A DNA stretch of 63,785 bases, filler included, from Diploschistes diacapsis (lineage: Eukaryota), in NCBI GenBank assembly GCA_023645945.1. It is 26 parts of 26 records of this genome, joined end to end, with 100 filler letters (N's around TTAATTAATTAA, not from the genome) between each part and the next. Parts side by side here need not be neighbours in the genome. Positions count along the whole stretch, not along the records: positions 7,988 to 26,195 come from JALAIB010000420.1; 25 more parts are not named here. One strand, 5' to 3'. The notes below the pieces were generated by a model. The model was given only the letters and a program-made list of their open reading frames with translations, was not told the origin of the DNA and searched no databases. A program made the position numbers and the translations under genes. Positions 11,711-23,400 of this stretch are shown in pieces (the stretch's first letter is position 1; each line of letters begins with the position of its first letter).

Positions 11711-11838
11711 GAGAGGAGAGGAGAGGAGTGGAGAGGAGAGGAGAGGAGAGGAGAGGAGAGGAGAGGAAGTGGGCTTGGATGTCTGGGCAAGCTTTGGGAT
11801 GGGGATGGGGATGGGGATGTGGATGTGGATGTGGATGG
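11711..11838. repeat. Microsatellites (GAGAG)n and (GGGGAT/GGATGT)n
   Basis: About 11 GAGAG units at 11711-11766 and hexamer repeats at ~11797-11838. Confidence 0.9.
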
Positions 11839-12334
11839 GGGAAGAGGGCGTAGTTATTACTATGTCCGGTAAGGTACGTGGTGTGGGCTCGGGGCATGGG
11901 GCATGGGGCACTTTTTGGTAGGCAGATATGGCTGACTATTGGTGTATTATTGATACAGACAGCTGTAGTGTATAATAATAAAGTGCATGAACTGAACGTG
12001 AACATGAACGTGACGAATTGGAGGGCTCCTCACACTATTTGTCAACATTATTCATTATTGATAAGGATGATGATCGTAGGATGCATGCCCGGTGCACACG
12101 CTCGTTTTAGCCTCCGGCGGACAACTCTTCAAGGACCGATGAAGATGAATCGATGATGCGCAAAGCCATGGATGTCAGTTTCTTGCTTACTATACTGGGA
12201 ACCCCCAGCCAGAGCATTTTAGCATTCAGTTTGTATTAAAATGCTACCGTTTGATAACCATCACTCTATCTTTGTTGTTGCTGTGAAAGAAAGGAAGAAA
12301 GAAAGAAGGTGGGAAGAGGCGCCCGGCCCTAGAA

Positions 12335-12370
12335 GGCGTAGGCGTAGGCGTAGGCGTAGGGTAGGCGTGG
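12335..12370. repeat. Microsatellite (GGCGTA)n
   Basis: Direct tandem hexamer units. Confidence 0.85.
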
Positions 12371-13632
12371 GCATGCGGTCGTAAGCTGCTAGCCTGCTGC
12401 TACACTACACAAGAGGAAGAACGTTGTACAGTTGTACACGGATTCAAAAAGCCCCTAGGCAAGATCTCTTGGCCTTAGTATATCTACCATTTCATACCTT
12501 GGCCACATCCTGTATTTTTACCGTCTCTGCTGTATGTCTGACATGTTACCCAGCGGTGTGTCTGAGAGTAAGCAGGCTGGTTGGCGTTGGCGGCCTCGGT
12601 GCAGCAGCGCGGCTTAGAGCCTCTTGAAACATGTTGCAGAAGAACTTGCGGTATGACCCGTTCGGCCCTTACCGGCGTACATATGTTAGGCAGGCTCTAT
12701 GGCGAATTGCAAAACATTGTATGTTATTGTATACATAGTCCATGGTCACGAGATCGTCGTTACTCCCATGCAGGTACCATTGACGTCAAATACTATACTT
12801 TAGTGTACAGTATCCGGGGTGGATAAGTTCGGCGCCGAGGTGAAGCGGTTCGTGTCCTGTAATAGAGTCAAGAACGAGTCTTCCTTAAACCCACATGCTA
12901 CATGCCGGAACTGATACATCGTAAGCGAGCAAACCCAGCCAGCGAGCCCGGTATCATGTATCATGTTCTGCCCTTCGGGGACATGCTAGTGTGAAACATT
13001 TTTATTTTTAGATTGACCGTCAGTTATAACAGGAATTCTTAACTCATAATGGTTCCAAATTAAATCATGTTCTTTGTTCGCGCGGGGTACTGGCCATGGC
13101 ACCTATAATCATAATCGTGCTATTAGATCATGTATTAATGGATAATCCCGGGCTCGCGGAGTTCCATCATCCTATGGCCCGGCAGATGCCGCAATTCCAC
13201 GTGCCTGGGGTTCCATGTTAATCAATCCCTATGCATGTCTGTCTGTCGGTCTGTGTGCCCTGTGCCCTGTGCCTGTGCCTGAGCCTGAGCCTGGGCCCTT
13301 GCCCAGCCTGCCAACTACTTGCTTTCGCCCTTCGCTTCATATTTCAGGAATACCTTTCCATTGACAGATATCCTATCCCGCCCACCGTTCTGGGCTAAGT
13401 CTCGTCCAGCATAAGCCACCATGGCTCAGGCTACGTTACCTACTCATAAATTCAGTACTTCGCAAATACAAGTATCGGAATTTACCTTGTGGCCTGCCGC
13501 TGTGTTTCTGTCCACTGTGGCTGGAATTGGGGTTATGGCGAGTGCTTGTGGCTGTGCGGATACACTGTTGCCCCACTGACTCTGTCAAGAACTCCCAGAG
13601 TTGTGGCGATTAAGCAAGATAATATATATGTT

Positions 13633-14697
13633 ATGGATCCGACTCAGCAACAGCTACATAACGAGCTAGAGACTTCGATCAAGCTCGCTCACGGAAAGGG
13701 GAGGCCGATATTAACTCATTTAAATGCCGACACTACTTGGCTCATCCAGTTACCCTCTCCTGCTGTCTCATCTGCTCGGACTGGACGCGCTTTTTTTAAC
13801 ATTCTGATAGATCCATGGTTGAAAGGCCCTCAGAGTGACATTGCATCGTGGTTTTCAACACAACGTCATCTCATACAATCTAGCATCCAAACCATCGCCG
13901 AATTAGAACATAATCTGCGAGAGATACAGAGACTCGTCTCCATCCCCCAGGAGCCATCGAGCAAGAAAGAGTCAAACAAGCATCCAACATCATACATTGA
14001 CGCCGTGGCCGTCTCACATGAGTTCACAGACCATTGTCATCAAGCGACGCTACTTGAGATCGACCCCGATGTTCCAGTATTCGCGACCGAAAAGGCCGCC
14101 GAACTGATAAGGTCATGGAAACACTTTAAGAGAGTGCTAGATACGCCGGCGTTATCCCAGAGACAGTCTGATTGGAGGAAGACGTCGGTGTTGCCACTTC
14201 CCAGTTGGGTCGGCATATCTCGGATCGTTACTGAAGGAAACCAACTATATTACCATTCTGCTATCTGCATTACGTTTGTAGCAGTAGCAGCGACAGGTGA
14301 CAATGCAGAGGCCATTATATACTCTCCTCACGGGATAGTCGCGGATGATTTAAGGCACCTCCCTCGGGCGAGACCCGAGATAAATACGCTAGCACTACTC
14401 CATGGCCTCCATGACGTGGGCATCACCGGCATGAAGCAACTGAACCTTGGAGGCCACAACGGTCTGAGAGCCCAGCGGATATGCAAGGCAAGATACTGGC
14501 TTGGAACGCACGACGAGATCAAGGAGCCGGGCGGGATACTTGCGCCTTTTCTGAGAAGATCAGTCATCAGCATTCAAGACGCATTGAAACAGGAAAAGGA
14601 TCGAAACGGACATGTTCCTAGGTCGAGCATGCTGGCGGACATGGAAGATGCCAACTTCTTGGATCTTGGGAGTGGAGAAAGCTTACTGCTGGTGTGA
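13633..14697 (+). CDS. Metallo-beta-lactamase-fold hypothetical protein (~354 aa)
   Basis: Intronless ORF from the ATG at 13633. Motifs LNADTTWL, ILIDPWL, SHEFTDHCH (variant HxHxDH), YSPHG and THDE. Confidence 0.8.
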   Translation: MDPTQQQLHNELETSIKLAHGKGRPILTHLNADTTWLIQLPSPAVSSARTGRAFFNILIDPWLKGPQSDIASWFSTQRHLIQSSIQTIAELEHNLREIQRLVSIPQEPSSKKESNKHPTSYIDAVAVSHEFTDHCHQATLLEIDPDVPVFATEKAAELIRSWKHFKRVLDTPALSQRQSDWRKTSVLPLPSWVGISRIVTEGNQLYYHSAICITFVAVAATGDNAEAIIYSPHGIVADDLRHLPRARPEINTLALLHGLHDVGITGMKQLNLGGHNGLRAQRICKARYWLGTHDEIKEPGGILAPFLRRSVISIQDALKQEKDRNGHVPRSSMLADMEDANFLDLGSGESLLLV

Positions 14698-15366
14698 TAC
14701 CTCTACAGACGAGTTATAAGCTTTCAATGCCGGAGCAATGTATTTCGTTATACCGGTCAAGGTTGGATACCTGTTCACTGCTCACTCAGATGCTTAGATT
14801 GCATCCTCTCTACGGCCAATGTTGAGACATGGCGGAATCTCCTCTGGTATGTGCTTGCTAGGGCCGCTACGTGTATTTTCTTGGATTCTTGGCCATGAAG
14901 GTACGTTAGATATCACTGTGTAGTTGTCTTGAGAGTTCAACAGACTGGTAAAACCAGCAAATCGTAAGCTTCTAGCGTAATGGTGCTGCTATTTATAAAG
15001 GTCTGGGCACATGGATATATCTCTACTTTAGATGTACCGACGTTGTCGTCTCTCGTTGACGCATAGAATGTTTTCTAGTACCTGAATGGGGGTTTATAGC
15101 GGTACAAAACTTAGCTCACGCAAGGCACACGTCGTGGTACGGAATTTTGCAATCCACTTCCGCCGCGCGCCGATCCAAAAGCCTCCCATCACCACACCGA
15201 CTTTCCACAACAGTCTTCACCTATCGGCAGTAGAGCTTTCATCATAAATTGCCCTTATTCCATCTCTCTCCTCCTTAACAGCCCTGGATCTTATTTTCTC
15301 ACCCTTCCGGGGTCGAGACCGCTTGAAGTTAATCCAGGCCAGCAATAGCGAGGCCTAATTCTAGGG

Positions 15367-16470
15367 ATGGACCTGTCTAAATCATCACGCAGAAACAATC
15401 CATTTTTAAATGCAGCCCACGTTATTTCTGGACAAGCACGAGACGAGGCTCATCTGTCTTCAACGGGTCCTCCGCCCAGCTCTATCCCACCGCATCTTTT
15501 TACTCAACAAGACTTCGAGCACACAGCACCACCGGGGCCACCTCTGGGTCAGTCCCGCGCCGATACTGAGATTTATGCCCCTCCTCCAGGCCCACCACCG
15601 TCGTCGTCTTCCTATGAACAATCTCCTCCGCCATACCATGATTGGCAGTCTGTCCCGGACACAGCCCTGCTGCCCCCCCCTCCGTCTTTGGGATATGTAT
15701 ATAGTCCTACAAGCAATGCCGACGTTACTGACGCACAGAGAGCTCGATCATGGTGTGAGCAACGCCCTCTAATGAGACCCTTTCGGCCAGCCGTTGCCCA
15801 CGTCGATGCTGTCCAGAACGGAGATATCTCACTTGAGAGACCCTCGGGACGTGCGGGTTCGGTGAGTTCGTTGGGTGTCGGACATTGGAGTATTTCAACC
15901 ACTGCAGACTTGCTGGACACGTGTTTCATCAGCTCACTTCCGCTCTTCTTCGAAACGGTAGATTCTCCGTTGCACACCAAGAGGAGCAAAACAGTTTATT
16001 ACGAGGTCAAGATAAAGTCCCTGCGCCGACAGAGGGATGGAAGCGAAGGTGCGGCAGCTTTAGGCTTTTGCGCGGTCCCTTATCCACCTTTCCGTATGCC
16101 TGGGTGGGAAAGAGGCAGTCTGGCGGTTCATTCCGACGACGGCCATCGCTACGTGAACGACAATGAAGGTGGCAAAGACTTCACAGACCCTATCAGAGCG
16201 GGCGAGACTGTTGGTATAGGGATAGTATTTTCCCTCCCGGAGGCAGCGGCAAATGGACGGAGAGATAATCCTTTGAACGGTGAGGTCTTCTTCACTCGGA
16301 ATGGTTATAAGCAAGGCAGCTGGGACATTTACGAGCAAGTCGACCAGTCAAATCAGCTAGGTGCTTTTGGTATCGACGGAAACTACGATCTCTTTGCTGC
16401 TGTTGGCACTTACGGCAGGGTCTCCCTCGATGTTGCCTTTGATAGCAGGCAATGGCTCTGGAGACCTTGA
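15367..16470 (+). CDS. SPRY-domain protein, Ssh4/Ear1-like (367 aa)
   Basis: Pro-rich N-terminus with PPPY. SPRY motifs YYEVKI, PYPPFRMPGWERGSLAVHSDDGHRY, GETVGIG, VFFTRNG and DLFAAVG. Confidence 0.85.
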   Translation: MDLSKSSRRNNPFLNAAHVISGQARDEAHLSSTGPPPSSIPPHLFTQQDFEHTAPPGPPLGQSRADTEIYAPPPGPPPSSSSYEQSPPPYHDWQSVPDTALLPPPPSLGYVYSPTSNADVTDAQRARSWCEQRPLMRPFRPAVAHVDAVQNGDISLERPSGRAGSVSSLGVGHWSISTTADLLDTCFISSLPLFFETVDSPLHTKRSKTVYYEVKIKSLRRQRDGSEGAAALGFCAVPYPPFRMPGWERGSLAVHSDDGHRYVNDNEGGKDFTDPIRAGETVGIGIVFSLPEAAANGRRDNPLNGEVFFTRNGYKQGSWDIYEQVDQSNQLGAFGIDGNYDLFAAVGTYGRVSLDVAFDSRQWLWRP

Positions 16471-18833
16471 ACCGGAGTCTTGGGCTCGTGGATATCGATC
16501 GAAACGGGCTTGCTGAAGCGACTCTCGATCGACTCGAGTTTCGGGAATGTTCACGTTTGCACGAGTCCCTATCAACATGCTGCTTTAGCTGCTTTCGCTT
16601 TCCCTTGGCCTGAGCTCAATAGTCTTGAAGTATCTGTTGTTCTGGTTGACTTCAGTGCCAGGAAAAGTTGGTCGGCGAACTTCAGCGTTTAATTGATTCA
16701 GATTATTGACATCATATTGCAGCTTTTGACGGCATTGCTTCTACACACCACAAGCACGAATACGAATCACTTGGACAAACCTGCATGCCCTACATAACAG
16801 CGTGTTCGTCTAGCGGCCGCACTACTCGAATGGCTTCTGCATTGGCGGTCCGGGGAAGCAGGAGCTGCATCCTACCGAGGGGACTAAATTGGTGAAGATA
16901 GATTGCGGCACCATTTGCCAAAAGAAATAACTTACATACTTCGAGGTCCGGAAACACAGGCGGGCCTTGAAGGTCAGAACCATAATGGCAATATGGTAGC
17001 TTGGCTGATTGAAATTAGGAACCGTTGACAGCCCTGCTACGGAACTCAGTCCCCAACGACCGTCAATGTAGACTTGAATCGGGCAATTGTCCGGCGGCTA
17101 TGATTTCCTAATGACCTGAAGCTGCGGCGTGGGCGGAATTGGGTTCTTGATTCTGGCGCCACGCGCTTAAAAATCCGAAGCAGCCGATCGAATTGGCAAC
17201 CGCTTGATCACGTGTGGTCCGTCCGTGCTGGCCTTTAGGGTCTCCATTCGGCTGAGATGGTGTTCACAGCCATCGAAAGTCCAAGGAGAGAAGATTACCC
17301 AGATGATGCACATCAAAGGTTTGTTTCCTGTGGGTTTTGGCTGATCGTCGTTCAGCTGTAATGGGAAGAACTGAACGACGGTAGATCGATCGACCGTACA
17401 ATCCCGTGCGCGGTTTGGAACTACGGGCGTCTTCCTAGTCGTGCTACTCACAGATTTCTTCTGGTGTCATGGGTGTCGGATAAAGTCGCATCAAAGCCAA
17501 GCCTGTTTCACTGTCCGAAAGTCTCATCTTACCCCAAAAACAAACGCTTTGTTAGCGCGCTCATATCACGATGCTGGCGAAGTGGGTATCGTCATTCTGG
17601 AAAAGATCATCTTCCCGGAATGCACGCTGTGCGAGCAGCGACCTCATCAGGCGATCTCCCTTCTCCCCCTTCTCCAACTCGCAAGATACGACTGGCAAAG
17701 CGAGGGAGGGTCTTTTCTTAGCGGGTATGATATCTCCGACTGTAATGACTTGGCTGTCACACTGCGGCAAGTTAGACAGCTCGGCTCTAATAGAGAAAAA
17801 AGACAGAGGAGAGATGAGATGGAAGAAAGCAGCGATTGAGAATTTGAGAGGATCAAGCGCACGAGTGAAAAGAGGAAGGTTGAAAGGTGCTCTGACAAGT
17901 CGTTGTTGTGGGACGCGGGGTGTGGGCTGGCTGGCAGTTTAGTGGTGAGTGAGTTGCGGGCCCGCTAAACCCCAATACCCTTGCCCTTTTCTTGCATTTT
18001 TTGTGCTGTACTGTAACCCCTCCCAGCCCGCTAACTTGCTGCCACCAACCGAACAAGGAAGAAGAACAAAGACTGACGAACGAAGGAAGGAACAACAAAC
18101 AAAACAAAAGGTTGAAGCTCTGGACAAAAGTGCGCTCGTCATGGTGCGCTGCTACGGGCTGGGAGGTGACTGCCCTGACTGCCCCAGCATAGCGCAATAA
18201 TGCACGACATATATCCGCGCTCACAACACACACTGTGGCATTCCTGCAAACAAGCGCATCTCCTATTGGAAGAAATGGGGCAATTTGACTTATATTTATC
18301 TGGTATATTTACGGTAGTGGCAGCATAGAACAGTTTTTTTGGCATCTGATAGTGGCCAACGTCGGTCGGTTGAAAACTTATTCGGTCCCACTACCCGACT
18401 GCCACAGGGCTCAGCAATCAAGAGCCGACCGACGGGCTTTGACTGAGGCCTTTCGAACTCTCTACCAGAACAGGATAAGCTTTGGTTTTACCTCATCTGC
18501 AGCAGCTGGCTGTTGTATGCTTTTCCCAGTCAATGCGCTAGCCCAAACAGCTCCCTGGATTTAGAACCCATGTCGCACCCGCTAGTCCTTCCAAAATGTC
18601 CAGAGGACCTAGCAGCATTCTGAGCGATGACCTACCGCAAGCTTCTACATATTCGCCGTCTGTCTTCTCCACCACACTGGGCCTGGGCTCCTTCTTTTTC
18701 TCTTTTCTTTAAACAGACTGTCCTTGATCGTCTCCTTTTGCTTGTTCTCGACCTTTCGTCTTTTGTCTTCTATGGAGCTGTCTCCTGTTCGGGTTTTGAT
18801 ATTGTTGCCGTGCAGTTTCGTTCTGTCTTCAGA

Positions 18834-20429
18834 ATGCTCCTATTAATATCCCAATTCCCCGTCTGGTTCTCCTGTTTGTAAGAATCAATTTCCATTCCCC
18901 CAGGGATCGCTGGCACGCTGGCCGTACAGGTTGAGGTCAATCCTAATAGAAACTGTAGCTGCTATCGATACCTCCGCCTTTTCGTCAATATCGTTGCTTT
19001 TCAGCTCCATCGGACCATACCGATCCCCGAGGAGCCATCACTCACGTCTCAAGATGTCACGGTGGTTATCCCCTCACTTGGCGGAGACGGTCTCGAAGAC
19101 ACCATATTCAGCATCCTGGCTACTTCTCCATTTGAAGTTATCTTGGTCACCATCGATGCAAATAGAGAGCGCGCTCAGAAAATGGTAGACAAGATGCAAG
19201 CGAAGAGAGTCCGGGTCCTGTCCGTCGCTCAACCTAATAAACGTCGTCAAATGGTACGTGCAATCCCGGAGGTACGGACGAGCGTAACCGTCTTCGCGGA
19301 CGATGACGTTACCTGGGGTTCGAAGCTCCTGTCTTGGATGCTAGCTCCTTTAGAGGACGAGAAGTATGGCGGCGTGGGTACCAATCAGTGGCTTCGAGAC
19401 TTTCAAAATCCGACGCTGCAGGAACGCGCGTGGAATTTTTTGAATGCAACATATCTGCAAAGACGCAACTTTGACTGCGCCGCGTGCAATTTCCTCGATG
19501 GCGGATTGCCCTGCCTTTCGGGGAGGACGGTGGCCTACAGGACCAAGATCATCCGGGACAACGAGTTCATGGACGGCTTTACTAATGAGGTTTGGGGGTT
19601 CGGCCGCAACTACCGGCTCAATGCAGACGACGATAACTTTATCACGCGTTGGCTGGTGTCTCACGGACACGAAATTGCTTTCCAGTATCACCGCGAAGCC
19701 GAGGTACTTACGGAACTAGAGGCAAATCCAAAGTATCTGAAACAATGTCTACGCTGGTCTCGTAGCAATTGGCGAAGCAACATAACGAGCATGTTTGTTG
19801 AAGGGCAAGTTTGGGGGTACGTGGGCATCAGAAGTACGTGTAAATGTATTTAGCTGACACGTTCACAGCCGCCATCCCTGGAGTGTATACGCCGTTTTCC
19901 TCACCACCTTCACTCACTGGGCGCCTCTCTGGGATTTTGCACTCTGGTATTACTGTCCGCCAAGCAGCTCCACCTTCTGGCTACTCTCAACGACAATGAT
20001 CTTCAGCAAAGTCGTGAAACTTTTACCTTTACTCTTACGAGACCCTGCCAACATCTTTTTGATACCAGTCTCTATCATATTTGGACAGCTGCACGCACTC
20101 ATCAAGTTGTATGCCATGTCTACCCTCCACGTGGTAAGGAGAATGCGCTCGCGCTCTCTTGCGCTACCTCATGCTAACTACAACGTTCCTATTAGACCGC
20201 ATGGGGAAGTCGCGAAGGGGCTGACGAGAATGATGCTTACCGCATGATTCAGATCAAGCAGGCCGAACACGCGTATCGCCTGCCGTCTTACGCAGCAGTA
20301 CGGATTGACGTAAGCAAGGTAGAAAGCCTCTGCTGCACCCTACAAAAATGTGATCTGCACCCAGCGGATCGGTCCACAAAAGATTCCCGTGACGGGATCC
20401 CCGCAAACCACAAAATTAGCCGACTCTGA
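18834..20429 (+). CDS. cps1: GT2 processive polysaccharide synthase, Cps1-like (~466 aa; exons 18834-18877, 18959-19816, 19869-20133, 20196-20429)
   Basis: Three canonical introns (GTAAGA, GTACGT, GTAAGG donors; CTAAT/CTGAC/CTAAC branch sites) give a 1401-nt frame. Motifs DVTVVIP, FADDDV (DxD), CLSGRT, ADDDNF, QCLRWSRSNWR (QxxRW), C-terminal TM helices and TAWGSR. Confidence 0.88.
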
Positions 20430-23400
20430 TTTTTGACGCAAGCATCGCAAAAGCCAAAAGCGGAGACGTGAATACAAAAGACGTAAGCGTTCATCAGCAT
20501 CTGCACGCCTGGATTCGAATCTGTTCGCTACAAGACACAGGCTTGGATTATCTAAGAGATCGAACGACAAGAATTATGATTTATGAAGTCATGACCTGCC
20601 AGTTGTTTTGCATTCTCCCGGCACAACTTGGTTTCCCCTCAGGAGCCGCTGAAAAGCTTCTACTACTAATATAGGCTTCGATTAGCACGTGATTAATGCG
20701 AAGGCGAAGGAGAGCTGAGCGCTTTGACGATTGAACCGCATAAAAAGTTCTGTACACTAAAAGGTCGGGCCTTTCCTAGATCTTTGGCTGGGCGGCACTG
20801 TCGTTTCACTTTCCACATAAAAGTTCTTTCATTCCTCAAAGTCATTTTGAATACAGGGGCCGCTTCATCGGTATCTCTTCTGTCCATACTAGACAAAATG
20901 GAGCCATTTTCTCATCAACGAACGATTAGCTCTTAAGCCGCGCAAGTGCTACTAGATGGTCGCCATAGCTCCAAGCTTAAGCTCCAACAGCTTGCACGAA
21001 TGAGTTTGTCGGATCTGCCGGTAGTTTACGGGAATGCGTGGCACATTACTTCGGCACGTACTGCGGGGACCTTGATCAGAATTCAAAGACTGGCTACTAC
21101 TACAAACAAGATGAAGCAGGACGAGCACCAAGTAGTTGGACGTTTTATAGCCCACAATAAGCGTCCACCCTACGTCGGGCCCCACCTAGAATACACTTAT
21201 TAGACGGTCTCCTTCATGTTGCTCGCGCCACCTGCAAGCTTAGAGGAGATAGCTCATCCATCTCTCAGGGCAGCCGGGAGCAGTCCGGGTTCCTCGTATA
21301 TTGGGTTGAAAAGGGGGTGCAGATCGATCGAGAAAAGGTCGGACGCACTGATGCTCTTCCTTACCGTGGTTTGCCAAAGCCATGGATAACTTTGCGCCTA
21401 GGAGATGCCGATCAATCACGAACTGCTGCAGCAAGACTAGTACGGATTAAGAATTCACGCAACATCATCCAACGCAATTGATTCGGCTCGGAGAAGTGTT
21501 GAGTTCTGAGTTCTTCTTCCCCGACTTCTACAGGGTGTTTTCCGGGGAGAAAGGACAACGGAATAAAGCGTTTTGTCCATTACGAACGTGCAACAGGCCC
21601 GATGATGATGGCAACAGCAGTAAGAGCAAAGCTGGGGGCACTGGAATCGGCAACTCAATTCCTCAACAACTCCTGTGGACTTTCGAGGAGGTACTACGGG
21701 TGCAGTCTGTCTGCAACTTGTTTTACTTACTGTACGTACAAAGTTTGAGAAGAGGTACAAAGTAGCAGGCGGGAGATGAAGGGTGCCAAAAGTCGTCCAG
21801 CTAGAACAAGTAGGGTAAGGCGTGGTGGGCTTGCAGGGCTCAAGCGAATGCTCGCTTGCGTCCCACAAACAACTTTACTAATGCAGCAACGTCCGGAAGT
21901 TTTTCTTCTTACAGATCTAGGTACGGAGGTACATCTACTCCTTCGTACACGGGTACGAGTGGCCTTCTAAAAACTACCAGGTACTTGTTTTGGTCTTTCC
22001 CTTTTACAAGGTGCTGCACGGCACAGCGAACCCAGCTACCAAGAAGCTGATCCTGCCGCTGCAGCCATCTGTCGATTCCTCAAACTCTGCCAGGGCCTCG
22101 TTAACACCAGAGCGGGATCCTCATGCACAAGAACTTGATGGGGGTACAAATGAGGCGTAATAATGAGGAGGATTTAAGGGATACTTGAGAGACCCACATA
22201 ATATGGTGCTGCCAGGTATGGATAACAGCGAGACGGACAGCTGCTCAACCCTTCTGACATCCTCTTTACATTGGAGCGGCAATCCTCGAAGGGATGTCAG
22301 CACCTTTGATGACAATGCGAACGAATTATGAAGGCGTCTACGAGGTAAACAGATACCGTAAGCCTCAGCATACAAACATTGACTGGGAGGGTGGTCTGGG
22401 CGCTTCGCTCTGTTGCCCTCAACAAGGTACTGTGCCTGTATGAGGAGCCGCTAGTCGCCGGGCTGAAGAGGGGTCTAGGGCCAGTACTTCTGATATGTGG
22501 CAGAAGACCCCATATTGTCCGACTTTTGACGATATACTGCTACTTTCAGTAATTGCTGGGTCACTCTCGAGAGATCTTCCAGATATCGACATGGTTCTGT
22601 ATTAGGATATTGGCGATGCCATGTCGGACACTTCAATTCCCTTTAGAAATTCGTTCCCGCTGACCCAACGATACTTTGCCATGACTTATACGAAAAGACA
22701 AAAAATTTGGACAGTATCGGAACGCTTATAAATTTGTTAGCGGAATACCGAACAAAGCTAGCTTGCGTTTTACTAGCGAGCCCCGGAAGGCCTTCGGCAT
22801 TTCTAGGGGGGAAGGATTTTGGGTCTAAATGTTCGCAAGACAAGTCTTCCTTAAATCCATGGTGGCAACAGGAATCCCAAATTCCTTGAGCACGATTTTC
22901 AGATGAAGTGGCATACTGGACGCGTTGCAACAGAGAGTTCCATCAACGCATTCGGACTTTTTGAAATGCAGTCCATCTCTTCTTCTTCGCTTTGGTTGGT
23001 AGTGGAATCTCGTTATGATTCTCAGGGCCTTGGATCCCTGGGAGCATCAAATATACTGATTCTTGGGGATTGACCAAACCCTCAATATGAACCGAGAATG
23101 AAATGAAGAGTTTCTGGAGTTTCTCAGATAACACTGCTGCAAACCTTTTGTCCGCTCAAGGTAGGCAACTCGTTTTCCTTACTCTGGGAGATATCATTGT
23201 TTCTGTAACTTGATCTGAGCTCTGGGTCTATTAATCTACGGGATGAAATGATCAGGACGACCCCCCCCCCTTCTCCCGGAAACCAACATCTGTCTTGAAT
23301 CCTACACCATGTGTCCGTCTGCCATTTTCTATTGAAATTCACCTTGTTGTCTGCGACAAGCAGGATCGATTTTCAATATTTACGTATATTTTGAAGCGCA

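Noticed and set aside
11544..12005. ORFs with ERRGE, PHPH and LLSSP repeats
   Set aside because: Translations of microsatellites.
17630..17660. CTGATGAG on the minus strand (hammerhead core or C box)
   Set aside because: No properly placed GAAA and flanking stems, and no D box with terminal stem, were found.
13633..20429. Possible biosynthetic cluster (MBL hydrolase + GT2), or ILV3 as an AstD-like self-resistance gene
   Set aside because: No backbone enzyme, transporter or regulator on either contig; neighbours are housekeeping-type. The ILV3 3' flank is missing, so that idea is untestable here.
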